Of a stretch of 62,709 bases of DNA, positions 46,219 through 55,863 are shown piece by piece. The DNA is taken from IMG/VR virus record IMGVR_UViG_3300007539_000019, positions 1-62,709 of that record. One strand, written 5' to 3'. This stretch comes from a virus. Its lineage: Duplodnaviria; Caudoviricetes. Positions within the stretch are counted from its first letter, which is position 1; every line of letters starts with the position of its first letter. Position numbers and translations under genes: made by a program. The notes beneath the pieces were generated by a model. That model worked only from the letters and a program-made list of their open reading frames with translations. It was not told the origin of the DNA and did no database searches.

Positions 46219-46860
46219 TTATATTTCTATATTCCAGATTAATTTATTATAAACTTCAAAAGTCTTTTCTACATCATAAAGTGCATCATGAAGTTTTTTT
46301 TCATCAAAATCAATATCATTATCTTTACATAACTGTTTTAAGTTTGTTTTTACTCCTTTTGTTCTGTGGTGCAAAAGTTTGTATTGCCATTCTATCAATT
46401 CATCATTTTCAGAATAAGATATTTGATTTTTTATGCCTCTAGCTATGCAATTTGTATCGATAACTCTATTTAAGTAAGAATAATCTGGCTCTTTATTTAA
46501 TAATTTTCTAAAAATTGAGTGAATGTAAACATCAAATCCTAAGATATTATGCCCTAGTATTAAATAATCCTTGTTATAAATATACTTTTCGAATTCAGAC
46601 AATACATCTTTTGGGGGTTTTTTGTTTTTATCGTATTTTGATTTAGAAAATCCTGTAACCATCGCTGCTTCTTTTGAAACTTTTAAATCAGACCATGATA
46701 TATAAAAATCTTTTTTATCTATGATTTTTTTACCTTTACCGATTACAAAACCAAGTTGCCAAGGCTTATTTGAGTCTAAGCAGAGGTTTAAATTACATGT
46801 TTCAAAATCAAAAACTATATATTTTTGAGAATTTTTAAATCTTAATAAGTTATTGTTCAT
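46219..46860 (-). CDS. DEDDh 3'-5' exonuclease (DnaQ/epsilon-like)
   Basis: FDFET, GHN..GFD, DT, H.ALYDV. Confidence 0.88.
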   Translation of the reverse strand: MNNNLLRFKNSQKYIVFDFETCNLNLCLDSNKPWQLGFVIGKGKKIIDKKDFYISWSDLKVSKEAAMVTGFSKSKYDKNKKPPKDVLSEFEKYIYNKDYLILGHNILGFDVYIHSIFRKLLNKEPDYSYLNRVIDTNCIARGIKNQISYSENDELIEWQYKLLHHRTKGVKTNLKQLCKDNDIDFDEKKLHDALYDVEKTFEVYNKLIWNIEI

Positions 46861-47837
46861 ATTTCGCAGTAATCAACATTTTCACATAATGCGGAAACAT
46901 TATTGCCACCAGCATAACTAATGGAGCTTTGTAAATCTTGAGTTATTTCTGAAAGCTTTTGTTTATATAACATTCCATTATTAGTAACTTTATTAAGTTT
47001 GCCTTCAATATTGTTGTTGTGACCTTTGTTTTCTGCACTAGCTGAACCAAAGTAAGCTTTATGGTTAATTCCACCTATGCTGATTACAGCCGCAGGGCTA
47101 TCGATACAAGAGGCGAAAATGCCTCCAGCCATGGTCATGGTCGCCCCAGCGACTAAAGCCTTGGCTATGTCTCCGTTGCACTTAATTCCTCCATCGGATA
47201 TAATAGGCACGACTTCACCATTCTCTAAAACAACATTAGAACATAGTTTTGTGCAGGTAAACATGGGCATAGTAAAGCCTGTTTTGTCTTTAGTTGTGCA
47301 AGGAGAGCCTTGACCTATCCCAACCTTAACTATATCTGCGCCCCAATTAGCTAAATCCCTAACTGCGGTTGGTGTTGCAACATTTCCTGCAATTATTTTT
47401 GTATTAGGTAACTTATTTTTAATAAGTTTTAACATTGCTTTCATTCTTTCGCAATGCCCATGAGCAATATCAACTGTAATAAAATCTAATCTTAATTTAC
47501 CCCAATGAGAATTTTCTTGATCTGCAATTTTTGTAATCAATAGTTTGTCATTCATTTTAATTCCAACACTAATTGATATTGTCTTCCAGTTTTCTTCGTT
47601 TGCTTGCTTTATAAATTCAAAATTATCAATTCCAAATCTATGCATAATATAAAAATAATCATTATCACTCATCCATTTAGATAGCTTAATATCAATGACG
47701 GATTTCATGTTAGCTGGTATAATTGGTAAATTATACTTTCTTCCAAATAATTTTATAGAAGTGTCACAATCAGACCTGCTATGAACTGTGCTATATTTGG
47801 GGATTAAATTTATGTCTGAATATTTTAGGTATCGCAT
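46857..47837 (-). CDS. guaC: GMP reductase
   Basis: SRS.CDTS, PANM, MHRF, DIAHGH, AGNVAT, KVGIG.GS.CTT, DGGI...GDIAKA, YFGSAS, LQSSISYAGG. Confidence 0.92.
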   Translation of the reverse strand: MRYLKYSDINLIPKYSTVHSRSDCDTSIKLFGRKYNLPIIPANMKSVIDIKLSKWMSDNDYFYIMHRFGIDNFEFIKQANEENWKTISISVGIKMNDKLLITKIADQENSHWGKLRLDFITVDIAHGHCERMKAMLKLIKNKLPNTKIIAGNVATPTAVRDLANWGADIVKVGIGQGSPCTTKDKTGFTMPMFTCTKLCSNVVLENGEVVPIISDGGIKCNGDIAKALVAGATMTMAGGIFASCIDSPAAVISIGGINHKAYFGSASAENKGHNNNIEGKLNKVTNNGMLYKQKLSEITQDLQSSISYAGGNNVSALCENVDYCEI

Positions 47838-48583
47838 TTTTCTAAATAACTTTCAAAAGAGAATTCATCACTTCCACAGTGATCTAAGTTTGGAACATTT
47901 AAAGATCTCGCTTTTCCGAAACTTCTATTGCAAATACATTTATATGTCTGGAAAGCTTTAAAGTCTTCTTTGTTTTTATAATAAATACTTTTTGCTGGAA
48001 AATAATCGTAATTATTTTTTAAGCAATATTTCTCAACTTTAGCTTTTATTATAGAATCAAAAGGCAAATTATTTGATTCTATGAAAAATTGAGGCTTACA
48101 AAAAGAAAAATTAGGTATACAGCTTTTGAAAAAAAGGCTGTTGTTAAATATAAAAGAGTCATAGAAAGGTATTGATAGGATCAAATCTTCGCAAAAGAAA
48201 GATTCTAAGTTTTTATAATCTATCTTTCCATTACCTTGTGTATTTGCAAAGCTATAGATTTTATTCAAAACCTTACAACCATTATCATTTCGCGCAAAGA
48301 TAACAACTTTACTTTCGTCTACATTTTCTTTTTTATCTGTATTTAGATTATTGCATACAGATATTCTTAAACCAAAAACTAATTTTATCCCAAGCTCATT
48401 AGAATTTTTTAAAGCTTGGAGAAAACCAGTAAGAGAATCTTCTACTAAAATAATTTCTTTAAGATTATTCTCTAAAGCTATTTCAAATATGCTATCACTA
48501 GAATCTCCCTCAGTTTCCTTTGGGAGATTTAGGTTAAGAATACTTTTTCCTATAGAGAAATCAGACTTAAATAAACCGAGCAT
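47825..48583 (-). CDS. stand-alone PHP domain of DNA polymerase III alpha
   Basis: S.FS...SIL, D...GF, GIK.VFGL, FARN..G...L.KI.S.A. Confidence 0.8.
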   Translation of the reverse strand: MLGLFKSDFSIGKSILNLNLPKETEGDSSDSIFEIALENNLKEIILVEDSLTGFLQALKNSNELGIKLVFGLRISVCNNLNTDKKENVDESKVVIFARNDNGCKVLNKIYSFANTQGNGKIDYKNLESFFCEDLILSIPFYDSFIFNNSLFFKSCIPNFSFCKPQFFIESNNLPFDSIIKAKVEKYCLKNNYDYFPAKSIYYKNKEDFKAFQTYKCICNRSFGKARSLNVPNLDHCGSDEFSFESYLEKCDT

Positions 48584-48589
48584 TTAAAC

Positions 48590-48619
48590 ATTATAATCCA
48601 ATCAGGAGCATAATGTCAA
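48590..48619 (-). promoter_or_regulatory. sigma70-type promoter, leaderless
   Basis: TTGACA-N18-TATAAT-N6-ATG(48583). Confidence 0.75.
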
Positions 48620-48626
48620 CTAAAAC

Positions 48627-49952
48627 TTAAGTTATTCTATGTTTTGGGTGCTTGCTCTCTTCTTCTAATTTATCTTTTTCTTGAGGTTTTTTTGGCTCTT
48701 TTTCTTTAACTACTCCATGTAATGAGTCGCCTTTAAAAATTCTCAATCTTTTTTCTTTCGATCTTTTTGGCTTTGATCGTGTGGGATTTGGTTTTGGTTC
48801 CTCATTTTTAACCTCAACCTTTTCTTCTTGAATTGCGGGTTCTGATAAAGGTTCTAATGTGGGCTTTGTGTTAGCTTTCGCTACAGGCTCATCTTTTTTT
48901 TTTATAAATCCTGATGTAGCACACACTATCATCATTATTGCTAAAGGATCAAAAACAAAAATTATAACTATAATTATCAACCTTACAGCATCAGATAAAT
49001 CAACATCTGAGCCAGTAGTATCAACAATTAGTTCTGCTACATATTTAACGGGACCAACTTCGGTTTCGATGGCTAAGTTTTTATTTGATAGATCAAATTT
49101 TTCTAAATTTAAACCATCGATTATAGTATAGGATTTACTTATTAAGTCTTTATATTTAGTAATATCATCTGATTCTAATGGGTTTTTGTATTCCTTATTT
49201 TGAATAGCAAGATTTTGTTTTCTAATTTCATCGACTTCTGATTGAGCTTTCTTCCTTAAATCAGAAATATTTGTTGTATAAGAAAGTATTTGTTCTTCAA
49301 TTCTTTCTCTTTCATCTTTTTGTTGAGTTTGCAGCTCTTGAATTTTTTTACCTTGATTGGAAAACAAACCTCCTTTTTCCGCTCTAAGAATCGATATCGC
49401 TGAATCAAGCTCTGAAACCCTTTGATTTAAAGATGTTATAGATTTTTGATCTATTTCAATATCTTTCTCCATTCTAGTATAAATAGAATCAATTTTTGCA
49501 TTATTTTCAGAAATAATGGATTGATCTTTGTCTTCTACAGAATCAAAAGAACTTTCAATTTTAGATATTAAACCCTCATTTCTCTTGATCGATTCCTGCT
49601 CTCTTAGTATTTTTGCATCAATCTGAGATACTTGCAAATCGATTGATTCAGATACACTCTGATGCTCTATATGGGCTTTACTAAGAAAACCGAATATGCC
49701 CATGCTTGTGATAAGCATTAAAACGATAATAGCAAAAGATAGATAAGACTTAGAAAAAAGTGACACATTGTGCCAGTTCTTGTGAGTCCACACTGCACTT
49801 ATTATTTTAGCAATTTCAAGAGCAACAGCCATCACAATTACAGCTGTAACTGCTCCAGGAAACATTGTTGCGATACCGATAATGCTGAAGAAAGCAGCTA
49901 CGGCAGAAAGCCCTAAGGCTGATGTTAGCAATAGAATATTTAAACTTTTCAT
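48627..49952 (-). CDS. membrane protein with long coiled coil (conserved in large phages)
   Basis: three N-terminal TMs, ITS.GIFGFLS.AH, EVGP.KY, IIFVFDPLA. Confidence 0.75.
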   Translation of the reverse strand: MKSLNILLLTSALGLSAVAAFFSIIGIATMFPGAVTAVIVMAVALEIAKIISAVWTHKNWHNVSLFSKSYLSFAIIVLMLITSMGIFGFLSKAHIEHQSVSESIDLQVSQIDAKILREQESIKRNEGLISKIESSFDSVEDKDQSIISENNAKIDSIYTRMEKDIEIDQKSITSLNQRVSELDSAISILRAEKGGLFSNQGKKIQELQTQQKDERERIEEQILSYTTNISDLRKKAQSEVDEIRKQNLAIQNKEYKNPLESDDITKYKDLISKSYTIIDGLNLEKFDLSNKNLAIETEVGPVKYVAELIVDTTGSDVDLSDAVRLIIIVIIFVFDPLAIMMIVCATSGFIKKKDEPVAKANTKPTLEPLSEPAIQEEKVEVKNEEPKPNPTRSKPKRSKEKRLRIFKGDSLHGVVKEKEPKKPQEKDKLEEESKHPKHRIT

Positions 49953-49990
49953 ATATTATATATACACCAAAAAAAAGTGTAATTATAAAT
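49953..49990. promoter_or_regulatory. back-to-back pair of GTGTA-type motifs
   Basis: minus GTGTA at 49967, 15 nt before ATG 49952; plus GTGTA at 49977, 14 nt before ATG 49991. Confidence 0.65.
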
Positions 49991-51118
49991 ATGTCATACC
50001 AAGAAGAGTTCGAATATAAAGCAAATAAATTCACTACTGCGGGATATTTTAATGGTTTCCCCATTAAACCAACAGATGAAAAACCAGACCACCTTTGGGG
50101 TCAAACACTAGGGTTATCTCAAAAAAATCTAAGAAAAGAATGTGCAGTAAATCATTATTGGAACCTAGCTTCAATTGAAACTCATTTTGTAATACAAACA
50201 GAAGTTGCCCCAGCCCCATATACTACAGGCTTTGTTTACAATTCTCAATCATCAACGCCAGAAACTGGACAAATAGTCACATGTGACTACGAGTCCGTTA
50301 ACACATATAATTCTGGCTCTTATCCTCCTGAATATAGAATGTTTCCAGAAAATACTGGAGAAACAGAAGTTCAAACACTAGATTCAAATAATTTAGTAAG
50401 AGGTTCGGGAAAAAAACATTTTTCAGCCTCTCATATTGCCGATGATTTTTATATACCATTAACTATACAACCAGAAAATACAGGAGCTTTTGTTTTGACA
50501 TTAGATTCTGGTGTAGCTAAATGGTTTTCTGAACAATCAGGGTACAGCGATCAGATAGATAAATTTCAATGTAATATGTTATTTGATATGGGGTATGCCG
50601 TAGCGGATGACAAAAATGCAGAATTTAATAACATAGAATATTATTCATTTCAATCAACTGGGTATTTAGTTCCAGCAAGCGGGTGGAGATTTTCTATATT
50701 AGGATCAAAAGTTAAAGGTATATATTACAATTATCCATTTAAAGAAGCATACAAATATACGCCAAAAGGAAAACCTAAATTTGTACCCCCTAAAGATGTA
50801 AACCCAAAATTTGTGAAAGGAGGAGGAGCGGGGAAAAATAAACTTTTGGATGAGCCCAGTCCAGGGAATGGGTCTAGGTATGATAAAGATCCTAGAACTC
50901 AGATCATGGTTTGTAATGTAGGAACTGCTGGTAGAAAAGATCAAAATCGCGGCCGTTTTCCATCATTTCCTAAAAAAACGCGCCGCCATAAGGGTTACGG
51001 TCCTTACGGAGAGGGTTACTCTTTAGGAGGCGGTGCCACAGACGCGGCAGACCATAGGCATGAGTCTAAGCTAGCCAATGATTATTGGAAAGAAAGAGAT
51101 AATAGAGGCGGTAGATAA
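49991..51118 (+). CDS. hypothetical protein (possible virion component)
   Basis: ORF track 49922..51118; start MSYQEEF at 49991 after the GTGTA motif. Confidence 0.65.
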   Translation: MSYQEEFEYKANKFTTAGYFNGFPIKPTDEKPDHLWGQTLGLSQKNLRKECAVNHYWNLASIETHFVIQTEVAPAPYTTGFVYNSQSSTPETGQIVTCDYESVNTYNSGSYPPEYRMFPENTGETEVQTLDSNNLVRGSGKKHFSASHIADDFYIPLTIQPENTGAFVLTLDSGVAKWFSEQSGYSDQIDKFQCNMLFDMGYAVADDKNAEFNNIEYYSFQSTGYLVPASGWRFSILGSKVKGIYYNYPFKEAYKYTPKGKPKFVPPKDVNPKFVKGGGAGKNKLLDEPSPGNGSRYDKDPRTQIMVCNVGTAGRKDQNRGRFPSFPKKTRRHKGYGPYGEGYSLGGGATDAADHRHESKLANDYWKERDNRGGR

Positions 51119-51120
51119 AA

Positions 51121-51525
51121 TCAACTAGTGTGAAATCTAATATTTGATTCCACCTTAATAAAAGATAAATTATTTTTTCTGTAAAGCAAATCGGAATTAC
51201 TTCCGCTTGTAGTAACTACTGAAGAAGTAAATAAATCTTTATCTTGCCATTTTGTATTCTTGCTCCATTCATCAAAACGAAAAACTGGAGAAGCATCTGT
51301 TGGATTTAATTGAAACTTTTTTCTCACACCATCATACGATAAAACAATTCCGCTGCTAGAATTATAAAGCTTATAAAAATTTGAATCCAGACCTCTAATC
51401 TGTCCTGAATTAGTGTCTGCATTAAAAACTATAGAATTACCATTTAAAAAATTAGAAAAAATATCCTGCAACGCTGTAATAGTGATAGAATCAATTCTCT
51501 TGCCTATGTCTACATGTAATGCCAT
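51121..51525 (-). CDS. hypothetical protein
   Basis: ORF; GTGTA 15 nt upstream (51540). Confidence 0.65.
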   Translation of the reverse strand: MALHVDIGKRIDSITITALQDIFSNFLNGNSIVFNADTNSGQIRGLDSNFYKLYNSSSGIVLSYDGVRKKFQLNPTDASPVFRFDEWSKNTKWQDKDLFTSSVVTTSGSNSDLLYRKNNLSFIKVESNIRFHTS

Positions 51526-51534
51526 ATAAATATA

Positions 51535-52602
51535 TTACACTAAAAAGCTAGAGTCTTTTTGTTTAAAATGAGGACATCCATCGTAGGATCTTTTTTCATA
51601 AGATAAACCATCTTTTAAATTCAAGCATTCATCTTCCGAGAAGACACACTTTATTAACTTACCTTCTTTATTTAAAATTGCATAATAATCAAAATTATTT
51701 CTAAATTCGCAAATATAATTAGGGACTTTATTTCCATCTTTATCTAATAAATATTCGCCTTTAGATTTTTTAAAACCTTGCTTGCCGCACATAAGAGGTC
51801 CTCCGAATGTCTTATCTGATGGATAGTCTTGCTCTGCTGCAAAATTAGAAGTTGCATCTACTTCGTCAAAATTCTCTAAATAATCCTGAATGGAGCTAAG
51901 CTGGAATTCGAACCCTTCTAGCTCGTCGTCGGAAATTTTTTCCATTCTTAGTACACCCTTGCCAGGTTTGCCAAGTAAATCTTTTGACAGGTCAAATTTT
52001 AAAAAAACAAATTCTACATCTATATTTTTATATTTCGGATATAATTTTTTAACAGCCAAACAATACATTAAATTTTGTAAATTATCTGAAATCTCTTTAC
52101 CTTTGAAAACTTGTTTGCTTGTTTTAAAGTCTCGAATTAATGCTTTCTTTTCTTTGGAATACAAAAATAATTTATCTATAAAACCTCTTATTTTATATCT
52201 TTTGCCATCCTCATCTATTTCTAGGTTAAACTCTTTTTCTGATATTTCTTCGGAAGGTTTTTGTTCGTCCGCACCAAAAAAATCGTAAAGAAGTCCTTGT
52301 ACGGTCATCATATCTATCAATTCTATATTTTCATCGTCTGCAACATTAAGTTTTGAAGCATAAGAATAAATTAATCTAGAAACAGCTTTGGATGATTGTA
52401 TAGTTCCCGACAAAATTATATTGTCGTAGTGTTTTTTGTGCCTCTTTTTTCCAAGTAGCTCAAAAACTAAGTGACAAACGGAACCTCTACTAGCCCCATC
52501 GTTTCCTTTTTGTGGTAATTTTAAAACATAAGATGACCAATATTTCCAGCTACAGCTTTGCGCCTGCTTTATCCTACTCGCCGAAAGAAATATATCACTC
52601 AT
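51535..52602 (-). CDS. RecB/Cas4-like PD-(D/E)XK exonuclease
   Basis: LSAS.I....C, G...H, E..F, GFID, DFKT, Q...Y; C-terminal Cys residues. Confidence 0.85.
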   Translation of the reverse strand: MSDIFLSASRIKQAQSCSWKYWSSYVLKLPQKGNDGASRGSVCHLVFELLGKKRHKKHYDNIILSGTIQSSKAVSRLIYSYASKLNVADDENIELIDMMTVQGLLYDFFGADEQKPSEEISEKEFNLEIDEDGKRYKIRGFIDKLFLYSKEKKALIRDFKTSKQVFKGKEISDNLQNLMYCLAVKKLYPKYKNIDVEFVFLKFDLSKDLLGKPGKGVLRMEKISDDELEGFEFQLSSIQDYLENFDEVDATSNFAAEQDYPSDKTFGGPLMCGKQGFKKSKGEYLLDKDGNKVPNYICEFRNNFDYYAILNKEGKLIKCVFSEDECLNLKDGLSYEKRSYDGCPHFKQKDSSFLV

Positions 52603-53629
52603 AAATTTTTTTAAATTTTTTAAAACTTGAATGGAAGGTTTTGGGCATATTTCTTTCTTTTAAAAGTCGATTTATATCCTTGATTATAGTAACATCTAAA
52701 TTATTTTTGTCTATGTTTTTTCTGGAATTATACCAATTTTCAATCTCTGAATTTTCCATGTCTCCAAAATCATTTTTCAACGGTAAATGTATATAAACTT
52801 TATGATTATCAAAAAATGATTGTAGTTTTATAAAATTTTTCAGACATGCATTGTATCCAGAATTATATTTAGAATTCTCATCATTATTAAAACAAATGAA
52901 AATTTTCTCTGGATTTAAACCAACTAAATAAGAAATTAAAGATGGGGGTATTTCTAGGCCAAAAGTACAAAAAACATTTTTGATATTATTTTGGTAAAGA
53001 TTTAATAAATCCCCTATACTTTCCACTAAAAAAACTTCTTGAGTTTTAGTGACATAATTAGTAGAAAGTAAATGAGGATATATCCATTTAGATTTTGTCC
53101 CTATATGTTTCCATTTAGGTCTGTCTGAAGATTGTCCCATATCTCTACCTGAAAAACCATGTATCTGATTGTTTAGATTATAAATAGGAAATACAAATCT
53201 TTGATACATTTTACCCTCAGTAGCTAAACCAGCTTTAAAAAGTTTTAATGTTTCTGTGTCAATACCTTTGTCATTGTAGAATTTATAATGGGGAAGTAAT
53301 CTTTTTAAACATGTTTCGGGATAAGTTTTTTCCATTTCTATCTTTTTTTGTGAGTTAGCATGCTTTAATTCAAAAAAATCATCTTTTATTTTGTATTTTT
53401 CAATCTCTTCATCACTATTAGTTTTTAATGTTACCTTTAACAGCTTCTCGAAAGGCATGAAAGCACTTTGTTCTACATAGTCTTTCCATATTCCTGTATC
53501 CTTGTATATTTGTAGAGCAGTTTTATTATCGCCATTTCTGTAAATAGCACTAGTTTGCCAATACCTACCTCTATCTTGAAGCTTGTAGCCTAAAGAGGTT
53601 AGTATTTCTTCTATTTTAGCTTCATTCAT
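52595..53629 (-). CDS. DnaG-type DNA primase (TOPRIM)
   Basis: R.VFPI......GFSGR, KW.H, LVES..D, F.ND, ND.GD; probable start 53629. Confidence 0.85.
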   Translation of the reverse strand: MNEAKIEEILTSLGYKLQDRGRYWQTSAIYRNGDNKTALQIYKDTGIWKDYVEQSAFMPFEKLLKVTLKTNSDEEIEKYKIKDDFFELKHANSQKKIEMEKTYPETCLKRLLPHYKFYNDKGIDTETLKLFKAGLATEGKMYQRFVFPIYNLNNQIHGFSGRDMGQSSDRPKWKHIGTKSKWIYPHLLSTNYVTKTQEVFLVESIGDLLNLYQNNIKNVFCTFGLEIPPSLISYLVGLNPEKIFICFNNDENSKYNSGYNACLKNFIKLQSFFDNHKVYIHLPLKNDFGDMENSEIENWYNSRKNIDKNNLDVTIIKDINRLLKERNMPKTFHSSFKKFKKIYE

Positions 53630-55139
53630 TAAACAATCCTGGAAGAGTATCTTCTCCATCTTCGTCTGGAGAAAATCCCTCTACTCTTAGATGGTTTACT
53701 AAATCAACTAAATCTCCCCTTTCCGTAATGTTGAAGTTATTAAAATCTAAATTTATAAAATTATTTCTCAAAGACCCATCTGCTAATCTCACTGGCTGTA
53801 TCGCTCTTTGTGGATCTTGACCCAGTTCTCTATTCTTTAAAGGAACTAACTTATGTGTTCCAAAGTGAGCATGTTCAGCAATCTCCGCAGGTTCTTTAGA
53901 TCTAAGTATAAACATATCAGAACAGTAAAACATAATTCTGTCAGAAAGAGATACAATAGTTTCGTCTTCAACAATATTGTCGGAACTTCTGTTTCTGCTT
54001 GTTCCTAATCTATTAGCTTGAACACTTGTCATCATTGATATTACTGGTTTTTTATCGAAAATGATATCTGTTTGAATTGTCTTTTTAAATTTATCAACCA
54101 TTTCACCTACAATTTGCCATTCGCTTTTATTGGAAGAACCTAAAGAATATGTAGTTTTAATATAATCAAAACTAAAAATCATTTGATTTCCCCTCCCCAC
54201 TTTAGAATAATAAAACTTACGCAAAACATTTATCATTTCATCAACAGACATTCCTCCACAGTTGTAGTAATAAAATTTCATGTTTTTTACCTTTTTCCAA
54301 ACAGACCTAACTTTTTTCACCACATCATCTCCAGCTTGCCTCCACATCCCAGTTTGAAGTAGGCTTAATTGTACTCCAGATAGCGCTGCACATTGTCTCA
54401 TTGTTAATTCTTCTAAACTCATCTCGCCATTATCAAAATGAAGTATAGGCAAATTATCATTCATGATCGCAGTCTTTGTGCAGAAATCCATACAAAATTG
54501 AGTTTTACCTATTCCAGATCTCGCCACAATAACAGTTATATTACCTGGACTTAAAAGGGAACCATAGATTTCTTGAATTCTCTGGTGTGGACCAACTAAT
54601 CCATTTTGTTCTCGTGGATTATTTCCTCTCTCCTCTACAGATTCCTCCATCTGTTCGTATAAATTTTCAGGAGTATTATCTCCTGAATCATAGGAAGTTA
54701 TGATATTATGATAAGTTTTATCTGCGGTTTTTATAATATCATCGTAAGAATCAAAATTACCTCTCATTGACTTAGAGAGATTGACTCCAGCTTCAGAAAT
54801 TTGCCTTCTAATTGTTATTTTTTTTAACTCTTTGGCTGTGCTGATAACAGACTCTCTGGAGTTTTTTCTCATACAAAGACTTCTTATATAATCCAAAGGC
54901 TCTATCCCTTCCTCGAAAGTAATTCCTAGGGATTTTATATTCTCAGCTATCAATATTTCATCTAAAGACTCACCTTTTTCAATAGAATCTTTTAAGACAA
55001 AAAATAAAGATTTGTTAATTAGTGTGTTTTCTGAATAAAAATCCGCTTCAGTTATGAATGAGGAAATTTCATAAAAAACATCAGGGTGCCTTATTAAGCC
55101 GCTCAATAAGTGCTGTTCTAGTTCATAATTATATATCAT
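53622..55139 (-). CDS. dnaB: DnaB-like replicative helicase
   Basis: E..LL..L, ARSG.GKT, EMS.EE...R, DY, Q.NR, K.R. Confidence 0.9.
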   Translation of the reverse strand: MIYNYELEQHLLSGLIRHPDVFYEISSFITEADFYSENTLINKSLFFVLKDSIEKGESLDEILIAENIKSLGITFEEGIEPLDYIRSLCMRKNSRESVISTAKELKKITIRRQISEAGVNLSKSMRGNFDSYDDIIKTADKTYHNIITSYDSGDNTPENLYEQMEESVEERGNNPREQNGLVGPHQRIQEIYGSLLSPGNITVIVARSGIGKTQFCMDFCTKTAIMNDNLPILHFDNGEMSLEELTMRQCAALSGVQLSLLQTGMWRQAGDDVVKKVRSVWKKVKNMKFYYYNCGGMSVDEMINVLRKFYYSKVGRGNQMIFSFDYIKTTYSLGSSNKSEWQIVGEMVDKFKKTIQTDIIFDKKPVISMMTSVQANRLGTSRNRSSDNIVEDETIVSLSDRIMFYCSDMFILRSKEPAEIAEHAHFGTHKLVPLKNRELGQDPQRAIQPVRLADGSLRNNFINLDFNNFNITERGDLVDLVNHLRVEGFSPDEDGEDTLPGLFNE

Positions 55140-55145
55140 CCAACA

Positions 55146-55174
55146 ATGATAATATATAATCTAAGCAGTTGCAA
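55146..55174 (-). promoter_or_regulatory. sigma70-type promoter, leaderless
   Basis: TTGCAA-N17-TATCAT-N6-ATG(55139). Confidence 0.65.
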
Positions 55175-55176
55175 GC

Positions 55177-55437
55177 TTATTCTTCTGGAATATCAAATGA
55201 TATTTCGCCTTCTTCCAGTTCAATTAAGTATTTTTCCAAAGCTTTTCTTAACCCCATCTCAACTATTTGAGAACTGCTTCTCGAATAAACCATAGCTCTG
55301 CCACTATCATCTACATATGTTAAAACATAGCCAGCATTACCTTCGGAGCCTCCCGTAAAATCATATAATTGATCTAGAAAACTTTGAGGTATCTGAAAGT
55401 TGGGTATATCATTTAAATTTAAGTTTTCTTCGGCCAT
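55177..55437 (-). CDS. hypothetical acidic protein
   Basis: ORF; GTGTA 16 nt upstream (55453). Confidence 0.65.
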   Translation of the reverse strand: MAEENLNLNDIPNFQIPQSFLDQLYDFTGGSEGNAGYVLTYVDDSGRAMVYSRSSSQIVEMGLRKALEKYLIELEEGEISFDIPEE

Positions 55438-55452
55438 TATACTAATATTACA

Positions 55453-55863
55453 CTATAAAAAATTTTTTAACTTTTTAATTAATAAATTATTATCAATATC
55501 TGTTTCATATATTTCCACTAATTTTATTTCATTAGCTTCACAAAATTCTCTTTTCTGCTTATCTCTTCTTAATTGATCTAAATGGTTTATTTTATTTCCT
55601 CCATGAAAAAAAGGAACATATTTTCTGTGTTGAATGCCTTGAACTTCAACCGCTATTTTTTTCGTGGCATTATAGAAATCTAAAGTCAATCTAGTTCCAG
55701 CCACTGGAAATTCTTCGAATACAACAGAATTACACCAATATTCTTTTAAAAATTGCTTAGTGTTAAATTGAATATTACTTTTACTTTTCTTTTCCCAATC
55801 AATTAAATAATTTCTTATTTTAGGAACTCTTTTTAATGCACCATTTAATGTTTTAAATTTCAT
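55453..55863 (-). CDS. Vsr/DUF559-like endonuclease
   Basis: EF......LDFY.....AVEVQG.QH....FH......RD..K...C....I.L.EI. Confidence 0.8.
   Translation of the reverse strand: MKFKTLNGALKRVPKIRNYLIDWEKKSKSNIQFNTKQFLKEYWCNSVVFEEFPVAGTRLTLDFYNATKKIAVEVQGIQHRKYVPFFHGGNKINHLDQLRRDKQKREFCEANEIKLVEIYETDIDNNLLIKKLKNFL

Noticed and set aside
43666-48583. Split intein joining PHP and DnaE
   Set aside because: No intein N-terminal block or C-terminal HN-C/S motif at either junction
51535-52602. Cas4-like nuclease as evidence of a CRISPR-Cas system
   Set aside because: No repeat-spacer array or other cas genes seen; stand-alone RecB/Cas4-like nucleases are common in phage replication modules
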